From NCBI GenBank assembly GCA_965644295.1, contig CBFFRP010000435.1:62001-126000 (forward strand): a stretch of 64,000 nucleotides of DNA, given 5' to 3'. The first letter of the stretch is position 1. Each line of letters starts with the position of its first letter. The DNA is from Paraphysomonas bandaiensis. Its lineage: Eukaryota > Protista > Chrysophyceae. Position numbers and translations under genes: made by a program. This document shows positions 51,063 to 63,786 of this stretch, piece after piece. Under the pieces are notes generated by a model. The model was given only the letters and a program-made list of their open reading frames with translations. It was not told the origin of the DNA and made no database searches.

Positions 51063-54000
51063 ATGCTACCTCTTGACCAGTTGAATGTGCGGATAATAAT
51101 TGTAGTTGTTGCTGTTGGAATCTTCAGCGCAATAGTCACAGGCTTTTATTATTATTCCCAATCTATTATGAAACAATTTAGAAAAACTGCTGTGTCAATT
51201 GTAGCCAAAGAATTTGATGTCGGAAGTGTGTCTTTTAGCCCGACATTTCGAGTTACTGACTTCAAAATAACCACTCATGCTACATCAGATATGCCGCAAG
51301 TAAGCATTGCAATAACGATTTTAGAAATTGAAACTCACTTGGAAGAATGGCTTAACTTTAGTTTCATGAATAACTTAGTGACTATAAACATTTCTGGCAT
51401 GTCTGTCCATGGACCGTGCTTTGCTTTGAAGGATCTATTGGATCCCCCTGCAGTTCCTAGATCGAAAAGTAATTCACGCCTCTCTGTTGTACATAAATTC
51501 GCAACTTGCTTTGAGATTAATGTTACGGATATTACAGTACATATGAATTTCCCATCGATAGAAACTTCAGTTCTGGCTACGGCACCCTCCATGCAGGTTA
51601 CGTGCTGTTTGGACAAGAATGACCACAATGCACTTGTAGGATGTGCTCACATCGACAGTGGCAATATCGTGGTTACTAGCGGTAATGACACAGCTGTAGA
51701 TTACTGTGGTAATGAAGCGGATATAAAAGTGTCCTTCAACATCCCAACTGGCATGATGGAGATATCAGTGGAGTTGCATGGAAGAGAAGTCATGACATTA
51801 CGTAATCAAGAGTTTCTTAGTTTCTTTTCTGCATTCCAAACAGCAGACGACGACTCCATCGAAATCAAGCTAGCACAAGGTCTTCAAACAGGCGGGAAAA
51901 TGAAGGTCATTTGCTTGCATATGGACGACATGATTCTGTGTATTAAGGACATCAGGAGCGAGGTGGCACTGATGATGGGCATGGAGGATGTCAACGTGAG
52001 CCTCTCTACCACAAAGCTGGAGGTCAGCGACAAGGCCTTATTATTCCGTGAGAAAGAGTTCAAATGGGTACACCCCTCTGAATGTGTAGATCTTGAAAAA
52101 GTTATAGCTGTAGATATTGGCCAAATGCGGTGGATAGGGCAGAGAGGTTGTGAGGTATCCGGGTTGCGATTGTGCATTCGGAAACATGTTGTCAACAGTG
52201 GTGACTTCACAGATACGGAGACTATGACCGTCTCTGTGGACGAGATTCTCTTCCCTTGGATCGGGACACTTTTCTTGGACTGGTTGCTTATCTTACAGGA
52301 TATATCCGATAGTGTCCCCTCGTCCAGGTTTGGACACCATAAACGTGCGAAAATGACTGTGAAGGTCGATCTATTGCAGATGTGTCTGTCCCCTGAGGAC
52401 AACGACGCCGAGCAGAGTGTGCGCTTTACGTTCCACAATCTGACCGTTAGCAAGACTCAGACTGCGCGATCTAGTCGAAGTGACTTTAATTTGCACGCAG
52501 ATCAGCTGCACATGTTAACCGCGCGTAGTGTGAGGAGTCTACGAGACCGATTCAATGTAGCAGAGGAAGCCGGACTTGCAGCCTACCAGCTATGTGTATT
52601 GTACCAACTAATGGATTTATGTGTGTCTTTTTCTTTGGGGGACGAATTTGACATGCATTCGGTCGGTATTGCGGAGTTTCATATTGTAGAAGATACGCAT
52701 CGGAGAAACAGCCCTCAAGGTTCCGATGCTCGTCCTCGTATTGTTCCTGTGTTCCATCTAGATGCAATAGCTGTGAAAGCTGCTCCGTCGTGCATTAATG
52801 TGTCTATTGAAAGCATGCGTGGAGTTGTTGGCTGTGCGTCTCTGTTAAAGTGTTTGTGTACTTATGAGATGATAGTGAAGGTACAGGAGAGAGTTACATT
52901 CAAGATGGACAAGCTGAAAGAGAACGATAATTTTCCTGATATTATTTCCAGCAATGGCCAAAGCGTATCGTCATGTCATCCAGTGTCTAATAATAGAGAC
53001 ACGCTATGTACTAGACGAAGTATTCCTTCAAAGCGTACCTCGACTGCATCGTCTATGACATCAGAATCCACGAAGACGAGTTCTCGTCTCCGTGTACAAT
53101 CCCAGGAGACTTTTATCTCGCATACCACTGCAGAGGAAGATGCCAGTAAGTGTGCTCTCCCCGAGAATTACAGAACAACTATTGTAAAGTGGTCGACAGT
53201 GGATGTGACTCTTTGTCTCACGCCACCTGAGGAGACAGAACTCACAATGCGACTCAATTTCTCTGACCTTCATTACACATCGAACCCTGGCGGACCAGAT
53301 ATATTGATGGAGCAGCTGACGATACGTGTGAACGGGTGCCAACAGTACAATTTTTTAACAATCAAAAGTTTTGCAATGGAGAGTAAAAAGATTAAAGCGA
53401 AAAGGAAAAAGCGTTTTAATCCCAAGAAGCGACTGGACGTTTGCGAAACGAATGAGTCAGCTGTAATTGAGGTAGGCTCTTTGGATTTGTAATATCATTA
53501 TGAGTTAACTATTGTGCGTAGAGTATTGTATCTCACACAAGTATTACGATTGAAGATATGGATTTCAACATTCATTCTGAAATGAATCTTAGTCCTACAT
53601 TAGATGCAGCTTTGCTTCAAAAAGAGGCACTCTCAAATGCCCTTGTGTCACCTCTGAATTCTGCGGACGATAGTGATACTGAGTTCTCTACATTGCATGT
53701 GCAGATCGGGCGATATGTAATGATCGTACACGCTCTTTATAATGACGTTGCTCACAATTCATTCGCCAATGTTTCCTTCAACTCTATGGATCTCCTGCTG
53801 GAAAGCCATCTGGACCAACGTGATATCATGCAGAAGATTGCTGCTATGGACACAAATGCACTGACTTCAATGCAATACACAAATGTCAGTGGTGGCAAGT
53901 TGCAAGCTTCGTGGAAAGAGTTCGTTGTCGAGTTTAAAATGCTGAATAAACCATATATATCTGCATATAATTGGAACATTGAAGGATATTTGTACAGTGC

Positions 54001-57000
54001 TGCTGCGCATGATGGACGAATTAATGTCAAACAAGAGTTCACTCAACTTTCGGAGTGCATGAATAGTTACATTGACGTAATTAAGGACGACGGAAATAGT
54101 CGTTCACCGGCAGTATGCCCGCCAATTAGAGGAATGACGAAACAATCTCCAGCTCCATCGAAAATGTACGCAAATGTAACAGTATCTTTTTCACTTTTAG
54201 AGGTGAACACGGAGGTGGAAACCGACAACATGATGGAAGCTTTCATGGAAGAGATAGATAGGTGCCTGCCTCCGAATAGTGACACATCCCCACCTTTACA
54301 GTGGTGGGACAGTGTGCGGTACTGGACCCATGGATCATGCGTTCTGCTAATAGATCATCTTGTGTTCGCTACGTCGAGACTAACAGAGCTGAAGGCCCCC
54401 ATCAAGGTCGAAATTTCAATGCACAAGATATATATGAGTGTGAATCGGTGCTCCTTCGAAATGCGTGGGCATAATTTGAATGTTGGCGTTGAATATGATG
54501 ATGTCTTCAAAGCCCGACGGCGACAAAACCGCCGTAGTTCCCGTAAGATAGTCAGGAAGCCAAGTAAAGATAGACACACGTGGTGCCTTTGCCGCATACC
54601 GGTGTTTTCATTTTCTTTGGCACATCGGTCGAGCATTCTGGGTTATCCAAGTTATGATCACCATGATGTGTACTGCCGTCCGGCTGATGCATCTTTAGGT
54701 GATCGCTTTGCACATTTTCGTATGCAACGAAACTGTTCCTTATGGGGTGTGCATGTCACTTGCAGTGACTCACGCACTGAATGTATTTCCATATTCCTGA
54801 GGTTGGATGTTCTGAGCAGACTTAAATCTGCATTTGGTGCTCATAGTAGCCCATCAACTGACAACATTTATGCACACTCTCCTAATGAATCATCAAGATC
54901 GATGAGTAACAATGCGCAAATGTCTGACATCATGGAATGTATATCATCGTTAGATATTCATGCTAGTCTGGATGAGTTTATTGCGTGCAGCTGGCCGAGT
55001 GAGATTTCTCTTGACGGTGTAGTTTTCTCACAGGATAGTATGCACATAGATATCCGCCTTGAGCAAGATTCTTCCTTCGATCAACCGTCAGCAGAACACA
55101 TTTCCAGCGCCGAGGTTTGCTCAAGCATGTCACCTGGACTGCAGTTGGAGTCCATCCGTGGGGATATTGAGCACGTGGATGTATTTATCAGAGAGTGGAG
55201 AATAGATAAGCCTGGACGAGAAACTTATGAATGTCTCACTGTTGCTGAGATCTCCAGCCTTTTTGGTGCTATTCACAAGCTTGCACATGCATCTAAAGTA
55301 ACTTTGAAGTTTGATGATGAGACCGCGAATGGCGATGTCGTGTCAAATACACCCCCGTCTCCCCATCGAGCTGCTCGGAATCATAGATCTGCAGAGCGCT
55401 TCCCGTCTCAGAGCCCCCTGGGCGATGTGCCCAAAAATGTGTCAGTTCTTTCTTTCCGTGCGAATCACGCGACGTTTGCACCGCCTGATATTGCACTACC
55501 ACGGAAAAAAAGCAGTCGACGTAGCACCCATGCTCTAGATCTGATCGCCAGAAGCCCCTATCAGACCCGTCCCAATCGGGCTACTTCTAGTGGTAGTATT
55601 GATGAGTATGCGCCCACGAAAGGGCATAAGATATGGGATGTGAAGGTTGTAGATATCCGCCTACTGTGGACAATCACTCTGCGTGATATGATGTCGTCCT
55701 TTGCTGCGCGATGCTCAGAAATTCTAGCTTCATCTGATACAACTTTTAACAGTCCAACACCTGAAGAAACAACCACGCGAGAACCTGGGCTACCACGCAG
55801 TTCCAGCATGGACGATTCGCTTATGATGAAAACTCCAACTCCGAAATTGTCCGCGATACCGGAGTCTGCAGATGATCTTGTGGACGACATTCCCAGGACA
55901 GCGAGGACCCAGAAGCGAGCTTCGCGACGGACGGACAAAGCGACATTAGCAGATTTTTTAGCTGACAGTAGTTTAAAAGACTCGAAGCCAGCGCAATCGT
56001 TAAGTCGGAGGCAGTCAGGCGACCTTGATCTCGTCAGTTGGTACCTGTCAGATCCGTCTTCAGAACAGCCCAAACGCATTTCTGGCCACGGTCCTACTTT
56101 TGTAGGAGAGGATTCTGGTATTTCATCAAACAAGAAAAAACGGAGAAATAATCGCCGACTAAGCATTTTAAATATGAATCTGGACGAAGCTGACACATCA
56201 GCAGATATAATTGACCCGGAATCCCCTCTCGGGGAGTCTCCTGAAATTGAAAAGCTTCTATCACGAAGTACATCAATGGGCAGTCGAAGAATTGCGCACC
56301 GATCCGCGAGTGTTGATAATTCTGTCATCCTTCCTATCAGAAACGCTAAAGAGGGCAACAGGTCAAAAATGAAAAATCACTTTCAACGTTTTCTTGTTGT
56401 TGAGCTACAGGACCCTCAAGTTAATTTCTTGGACGAGAAAACACAAAGCACACTTCTTATTGTGGTTTCAGGTTCTTCTACTTTGGTGGGAAAGAAGCAC
56501 TCTGCCGCAACTGTTACACTACAAGGACTGGGAGAAATTGAGGAGCCGAAGAAAAAAGTGAATGTTCGACTCCGCATGGACGGTGTCAGTGCATTCACAT
56601 GCTCCACGGCTCAAGATGACACATTAAACATTGTCAATTGGAAAGCTCTTGACCACACGGAGATTATGGCATCATCTACTCACAAGAAATTTCAATCGGA
56701 AAGATTTGCCACAAATTTTGATTGGATGCGACGATCACGGCAACATGCACGCAAAAACGTGGCAACGAAATCATATGTCGACAGCACATCTTCTATGCTC
56801 AAACAGGTAGTCGAGAACTTTCAAATAATAGCTATGCACACGTACTACGAAGATATCACTGTTGAAGAGGCGAGTAAGATGTACATACATCGCACCCGGG
56901 AAGAGCTGATGAGCTCATACATGCTAGACCTACCCGAACTCTGTCTGAAAGTTGATGCCGGGCAATTTTATTTCTTTATTAACGCTATTAGAAACGTTTT

Positions 57001-58721
57001 ATTAGCCCCACCTCCTGTTCAACCTGACAAAGCTGACGAGGAAGATCTGGACAAAGATACCAAGGAGGGAATCATACGAATGCAGAGTAAGGAACCCGCA
57101 GCGCTATCACTGGATAGCCGATCGGGGAGGAATGAGATTCGCGCTGCCGTAGAACAGAACCTACCTTCTATCCCCGAGGGTGAATTGTGCATGGCGCAGT
57201 CAGTGGAATACTTCATTGGTCGTGGAACATGGCTGTTGTGCTCCGAGAGCAACAATAGTGAAGTGTTACTCGAAGTGGGGTTCATGGGACTCTTAGGGAC
57301 ACATTCATTTCACGAGGACAGGTAATCGAGTGTATGTATAAGATAGAAATATATATTGATTATAGTTGTGTATATGTTTGAAAATTTTATGGCGTGGTGT
57401 ACTTCTAAGAATATATATAATTTTATCTGTTACCAGATCGTCCTCTTCCGTTTTTGAGATTCAAAGATTCTGGATCAGAGATAACGTTGGTACCAAGATG
57501 GGAGTTAGTCGCCACACTGCTTCTGGTACCATCGATAATGAGTCTGACCGTACTGGTTGGGCTATGATGCCTGTGCTTCTTAAGGACGACGCTTGTTTGC
57601 GATGTAATGCCAAGTTTGATGTAAAAAAGAACTCTTCAGATTCGTGCCGCTGTCATGTGGATGGGGAAGGTATTCCATTGCTACACATGGTCATTATGTT
57701 TTGACCACGCTCTTAATTACTGTGTCTGTATTTGTCTCTATTGTATTTGTTCTCTAATTGATGGAAACACATAGGAGTGGAAGGCCAATTTCGTGAAATG
57801 CTCGTCAGCGACTCCTTCTCGAATGAGCAGGTACTTCAGCAGTGCTGGACATGCTGTAGAAACCCCAACCGGGATGCCCCAGGGTGTTTCGTACGCCCCC
57901 ACATATGCAAGGAAAGAATGCTTTCCATACGGGCCGAAGCGAACCCCCCAGTGGTCGTAGATGATATCGATGTTACTATTTTCCAAACACTCGAAATTAG
58001 TGTGTTTCCCGGCGCGGAGTACTTCATCGAGGTTCAGGTCATGAGCCAGGTAGTAGATATGCTCCACCAATATTTCGCATTCTCTGATCAAGTGATGCAC
58101 GACGAAGAGGACGACAATATGCGTGATGTGGAAGGGAATGGAGTAGTGGGTGTAGAAAGTACGCATGCTGAAGCCAGTTTGGAAGCAACTTCATCTATTC
58201 TGGATAGAAGTGAGTTTTTACAGGCCTCCTCCACCCTGCGCTCCGACTCCGTCGCCAGTGTGGAGTCCGTCACATCTACGTCTTCCCGAATAAGCGATGT
58301 AAGTACTCGGCCTCGACGGGGAAGAGTGGCAACTGGGGTAAGACATGGTTCCATGGATGATAGCGGCGGTTCAACCGACATCACGAAACAGAAGGGTAAG
58401 GCGAAAAGGGAGGCGCTCTTCATAAAATATATGAGAGTAGGAAATATCAACGTCAAAGTCAGCACTGTAGGCTTTGCGTTTAATGTTGACGAGTACCAAG
58501 CTGTTGTCAATGAGTTTAGAATGAGAAATAAGGTCCTTGATTGGCATAGATTGATATGGAAGTTTGAGATGCATGCAATGCTGTGTGTCACTTCTCACAC
58601 GGCAAGCAACTCCATGAATAAGTTGTGGGAACTGATGTTCGGAAAGCAAGAGGACGACCGAAAGGCTTTAGACCGTGACGATGACGTCACAAAAAAGTTT
58701 TTATTGTTAGGACCGCCGTAG
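51063..58721 (+). CDS. BLTP2: Bridge-like lipid transfer protein of the Hobbit/FMP27/KIAA0100/SABRE family (~2,460 aa, 4 exons)
   Basis: N-terminal TM anchor; DTSPPLQWWDSVRYWTHG (GFWDK-type motif); Apt1-region motifs IRLLWTITLRD, VELQDPQVNF, QFYFFINAIRNVLLAP, IKYMRVGNINVKVS, NKVLDWHRL. Introns 53472-53521, 57322-57436 and 57670-57774 keep the frame. Confidence 0.87.
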
Positions 58722-58964
58722 CATTGTTTGTTTACATGTGTGATTCTGGAGTCATTCAGATCACACGTTATTTACTCCTCGTTATGTTATTGATGTATAT
58801 ATGAGTAAGTGCTGATATATCGAAAGCGCTTAGTGTAATAACCAGCCAATTGGTTATGATGAGGCCTAGGGCAAGATGCACTTGTATCACATTATGACAC
58901 ATTTGTCAAATGAGTAATCGTGGCCACCCACCAAGTCATGTGGTGCACATGAATGGTACATTTT

Positions 58965-59101
58965 TTTTAGAATTGGGCATTACACTAAAGTTAAACCTGC
59001 TCTACACATAAACCTTAAATTTTCATTGTTGCACACAAGCAACGTACTACTTTCAAGTAAGAATAATAATTAATTTAACACTTAACAACATATTCATGTA
59101 G
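58965..59101 (-). mobile_element. Older diverged LTR fragment hosting the solo LTR at 59102
   Basis: ttagaattg...tctacac.ta.accttaa...actttcaagtaagaa...acatattcatgta parallels 59104-59235. Confidence 0.7.
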
Positions 59102-59457
59102 TGTTAGAATTGAACTTTTCACTGAACTTAACTTTGCTCTACACGTATACCTTAACCTTGCTATATTGAACACAGTGCACTTTCAAGTAAGAAATTATAA
59201 TTATTATTCTGAACACTTCACTACATATTCATGTAACATCTGATGAAACATCTGTTCTCAGCAACATCTTTTTGTCATATATTCATCAGTAAGTTCAATA
59301 TCTTGTATAGTCACACATCAGTAACCAGTAACTGAATTTAATTCCTTTGTACCTATAATCACCCATTACACCTATGAGTTGACTTCACCCATTGCACACT
59401 AATAACTCACTTCAATTGCACAATATATATTATCACATCATATTGCAGAACTCAACA
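59102..59457 (-). mobile_element. Solo LTR of the same family as 16538-16895, with perfect 5-bp TSD TGTAG
   Basis: TGTTAGAA...CTCAACA; TGTAG at 59097-59101 and 59458-59462. Confidence 0.92.
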
Positions 59458-59699
59458 TGTAGCATCACAACACTAGTAGAATAGTATCGTTGAAGAGCAA
59501 AGCTTATTGCGCTACAAACATTTTCACAAAACAAAGCACTTTGTAACTAAAAAGGGAACTACTAAACAGGATTAGCAAATAGCAGCGCAGAGAAAAATGT
59601 CCATTTGGCAAGGGCCTATTGAAGCGAAAATATGAGACAGGGCGGATGCAATTTGTAAACACGCCAATCTCTTGCAGGTTGGAGTGATACGGTTTCAGC

Positions 59700-60095
59700 T
59701 GCGCAAACTGGAAGTGGTCCTTTAGATAGTGATAGTGGAAGGTGTCACCTTATGCCTGGAATGTGTATCACTGGTGGAATTGTGTAGTTATGGATGATCT
59801 ACCATTTCCATTTGTCGAGAGAGAAAATACCAGGAAATATTCCAACTTGGATATATCCTAAAAAAAGTGGTAAAGTAATTGGAGGAGATCGCTAATACTA
59901 TTAAGGAGCTGTTACCGAGCACATTAGGTTTACTCTAAATCGGAGAGGACTATTTTGCTGCGTTTGCTGTTCGGACAAATGAAGATGCCGTGCAACATTT
60001 ATTGCTATGCTGTGGATTCCATTATGAAGATGAGGATCTTGAAATAGATTTTACAGGAAAATCAATCGGAGATAATTGTGTTGATGAGTTATGAA
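59700..60095 (+). mobile_element. hAT-like transposase remnant
   Basis: VMDDLPFPFVERENTRKYSNL..., IKELLPS.LG..., YFAAFAV..., IGDNC with stops and frameshifts; resembles stramenopile hAT transposase cores. Confidence 0.7.
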
Positions 60096-60659
60096 ATTCC
60101 ACATGGGCGCAGACGCGGATATTGTTCAAATCCCGAGAAAGCAGTAGTTCAGCGTGATATGGAAGATGAACTGAGCCGCGCTGAAAAAGCACAGACACAA
60201 CGCTTTTTGTAGATGAATGTTAATTCAATGAAAGAAGGAGAATGATAAACAAGACGAAGCCATATAGCTAGCTCCTACCATACATTTATTCCAAAGTAGT
60301 CACAACGAGCTCTCTTATCCTTGAGTACCTCTGCGATAATCTGTTCTGTAGTCTTGATTTAGCTCCCTCTGTTCGATATATACATGATCACATAACGCCT
60401 AGGTATATACATCAGACATCTGTTGTCAACTCCTCACATGCTGTATAGCGCTGTCCGGGATCCACATGCTCTCTAGAAATATGCTACTATCTCAATATGT
60501 TTCGCTCGTTGCCGTTATCCTGGATTTTCAGATATATTCTGAGCACTCATTGACTATCCAGGAATTGTGGTGTGATCTCGACAATTCTAAACCCACTTGT
60601 CCTGTCAACCCCGAGACAATATCATGTCCTGTCACCCGTAATATATACATACGTTTCTC

Positions 60660-60870
60660 GAATTGCATAATCGACGTAGCTACAGCAGACTGACATTTAG
60701 AACCACACGATAGTAGTCCATAAGCTCCAAGCATAACGTAACCTGAAGTCAACCGCCTTGTCAAAGGATCTCCCATCCAGTCAGCATCAGTGAACACATG
60801 ACGATCGATATCGTTCCCATAAATGAATTTTCCGCAGTATCGTATTTACTTCATTAAACGCATCATAAGC
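60660..60870 (-). mobile_element. Copia RNase H remnant
   Basis: FTDADWMGDPLTRRLTSGYV...LSCGSKCQSAVATSI; same family as 18030-18240. Confidence 0.85.
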
Positions 60871-61437
60871 TACATGCAGCGATTAAATACTCCCACTGCG
60901 TATGACATATTCGGTCTTGTATTCGGCCATTCTCTTTGGTAAAACGTGGTGTTTACAATGCTGCTGTATCACTGACCCATATATATGAAGGATATAGACA
61001 TTACTGTTTGAAATACCCTTCATATTGCAACAGCTACTGTGCTGTTTCAAACAGACTTGTGAAGTAAACCTAATCAATTGAACCATAAGATGATGATACT
61101 ACGTATGGGCAGTCAGCATCTTATATTTCGGAAACAATTTGAAACAAAATTTCTCTATATTACTACAGTACAACTACGGCTGGAATACAGATAATTGTTG
61201 TCTCAATATTAGAGACATCTTGGAACAAAAATATACCAAGGATGCGAATACGAGCATATCAGTATACACTTCCACCGACTGTATTCCACTGGATCCACTT
61301 CTGCTGCTGCTGGTGCTGTAGGTTGTGTGGAATGAGTGCACTGCGTGCCCATAACAATGTCGACATGTACACAGAGCTCAAGTAATAGTGTACACAAGCA
61401 TTCACATACGTAGACCTCCGTCCTACCACTCCTCCCA

Positions 61438-63006
61438 ATGTGTGCCCTATTTATTGAAACCCCCCTACCTGACACCGATTTATCCTCAGAAGAACCTCTC
61501 CGATGTTCGTTTGCCGTTACCGGGCAGCGGCTAGTACACCAGGGCATATACAGATGCCTGACCTGCTCCCGGGCATCACATGCAATGGATGAGGATACAG
61601 ACAATGCTGACGTCATAGACACTAACTGCTGCTGCTGTGCGGGGTGTGCAGACACCTGTCACGAGGGGCACGATGTGGAGTTTCTTGCCAATGGTCTCGC
61701 CTACTGTGACTGCGGCAGCGGAGGGTGCGAGTTGCTGTCAACAACTAAAGAGCGCGGGGACTACTGCAGCGCTTTGTATGAGGGGGTCTCTATGCACGTT
61801 ATCGACCGCATCCGACCCTTCAACACGCATGATTTCATCCACTGCACAGACTCAAGTGATGCGCTCCACGCAACAATGCTTCAGCTTGCGAATGATTGCT
61901 GCGAGACTGTGCGTAGCTCCAAGGAAACTTTTTGGGTGGGAGCGGACTGGCGACCGGAAGATTGTAGGTGCAGACTTGAGGAGATGGCGCTGTTAGTGTT
62001 TAAGCATCACGTGACTGAACTGCGGGAGCGAGTGCCCGATATCACATTTGATATTGCCAGTTCTGGTGCAGAGTGGTGGATCCAAGTTAAGGATTTGTCG
62101 GAAAGGAAAGAACCTGAGTCAGTGAAAAGCGGTCCCGCCATTGACGTGCACTATGACAAAGATGAGGACGTTGCAGAAAAGTTTTCTGTGGGTCTGTTCC
62201 CTGTTATATCTACAGTAACTTACCTTGCTGTTCCTGACTCTGTAGCCCAGCCAACTGTAATATTCCAACACACCGCTAACGACCCTGTAGGACAGCCTAT
62301 TAAGGACTTCTATATATCATACCCTAGGGAGAGTAAGCACATATCATTCGACGGCAGACTGTTGCATGGGGCGCCGCACAACGTAAATCTTAACAATTGG
62401 TGGCAAAGTGGCGGCATGTCGCATACCTCTTGCGACGACGCCACAGATGAAACCGATAAGGCACTGCGCATTACATTCCTTGTGAATGTGTGGTTAAACC
62501 ACCATCCCTCTGGTATTCAACCACTCTCTTCAGAGATTGCCTGTAATCTATGCTCTCGGCCAGCGTCGCCGCTATCGACGGAGCTGACTATAAGGAATTC
62601 CATTAATTTAACAACGGTTTATGTCTGCCATGACGGGACAAGCGCTACGGAAATGTCGGAAAATATGAGTGGGTCTGTCGATGCGGTGGTACATGCGATG
62701 GAGCAGTGTAATATGTCAGAACATTCTCTGAATCAGCAGGTCTCTCGCGTCGCGCTTGAGGTCTGCCTTCCATTTGTTACTGCAGACAGCACTTGGGGTA
62801 TAGAAGAGGACGATGATGCGCTCATTGTGCGTATGTATTTGCCCGAACCGGTGAGCTCAACATCAGATAGTTATCACCTACACTGCTTGGATGACGAGTG
62901 TGCCGCTAGAGTAGAGTATATTGACGATGAGGAAGGTAGTCAAACAGGAGCTGATGATAGCAGTAGTGGGAGTTGTACTCCTGGTGGTAGTAATGGAGAC
63001 TCATAA
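61438..63006 (+). CDS. UBR-type zinc finger fused to a putative 2OG-Fe(II) dioxygenase domain
   Basis: CSFAVTG...QGIYRCLTC...CCAGCADTCHEGHDVE...AYCDCG..GC (UBR box); EWWIQ...HYDKDE...STVTYL...FDGRLLHG...RITFLVNVW (HxD...H...R). Single 522-aa ORF. Confidence 0.8.
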   Translation: MCALFIETPLPDTDLSSEEPLRCSFAVTGQRLVHQGIYRCLTCSRASHAMDEDTDNADVIDTNCCCCAGCADTCHEGHDVEFLANGLAYCDCGSGGCELLSTTKERGDYCSALYEGVSMHVIDRIRPFNTHDFIHCTDSSDALHATMLQLANDCCETVRSSKETFWVGADWRPEDCRCRLEEMALLVFKHHVTELRERVPDITFDIASSGAEWWIQVKDLSERKEPESVKSGPAIDVHYDKDEDVAEKFSVGLFPVISTVTYLAVPDSVAQPTVIFQHTANDPVGQPIKDFYISYPRESKHISFDGRLLHGAPHNVNLNNWWQSGGMSHTSCDDATDETDKALRITFLVNVWLNHHPSGIQPLSSEIACNLCSRPASPLSTELTIRNSINLTTVYVCHDGTSATEMSENMSGSVDAVVHAMEQCNMSEHSLNQQVSRVALEVCLPFVTADSTWGIEEDDDALIVRMYLPEPVSSTSDSYHLHCLDDECAARVEYIDDEEGSQTGADDSSSGSCTPGGSNGDS

Positions 63007-63786
63007 ATAGCTATTGAATAAGTATTACCCTCATTTAAGATTATATCGATATTTGTATTCTGCATTAGAAATCTGGCTATATTTTCTTCATCTCAACCGA
63101 TTCAAAAGTGGAGTATTCAGATTGGATAATATCTTGTACTCATGGATCGCTTTTACAATTACCACCCTAGCTTAGGCTAGATACAGTCTAGTAAAATATA
63201 GTGTTCTTAACGACGTTGCGCTATTCGGCGTTTATATCAAATGAGGACGAAATATTCTAAATAATTGCTAAATGCATTGGTCGACTTAAGATATAAAATA
63301 CAAAGTCTTCTGAGACGGTATTTTGTTGCTTTTCCTATTGAGTTTTTTGTTGTCAAACAAATAAATACCGTGGATTAAACGATTATAGTTTACAACGAGC
63401 ACACCAACGCATCTCTATATATCTCACATGAGGCAATGCGTGAAGTTAGAGCTACTGATTTTCTATAAGAATTAACGAATAAACCTTTTACATGAAATAT
63501 CAGTAGTTGTGAGATTAAGATACAGTTCGACATCTGTTCACTACAATCCATCTATCACAACTATTAAAAGCTTTAATGGTTTGTACATTATCGAAGCAAT
63601 TGTTAAAAGCTTTAATGGCTTGTGGATTTTTCGAAACAATTGTTGATTAAATTACGTGCCCGGACAGGTTAAGTACTACTTGAATCGACTTCCTATTGAA
63701 ACATAAGGTATATTGCTTGGAGGCAACATAAGACTTTATTGTTTAATCGTACCTGTGAAAACAGCTTCCTTGACACACATGGGTGA

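Noticed and set aside
51335-58649. Long antisense ORFs inside BLTP2 (also inside SPT16 and the P5 ATPase)
   Set aside because: Shadow frames of real coding sequence with no independent motifs.
63565-63645. ~40-bp tandem duplication (also a 26-bp one at ~8908-8952)
   Set aside because: Two-copy local slippage events with no sign of function.
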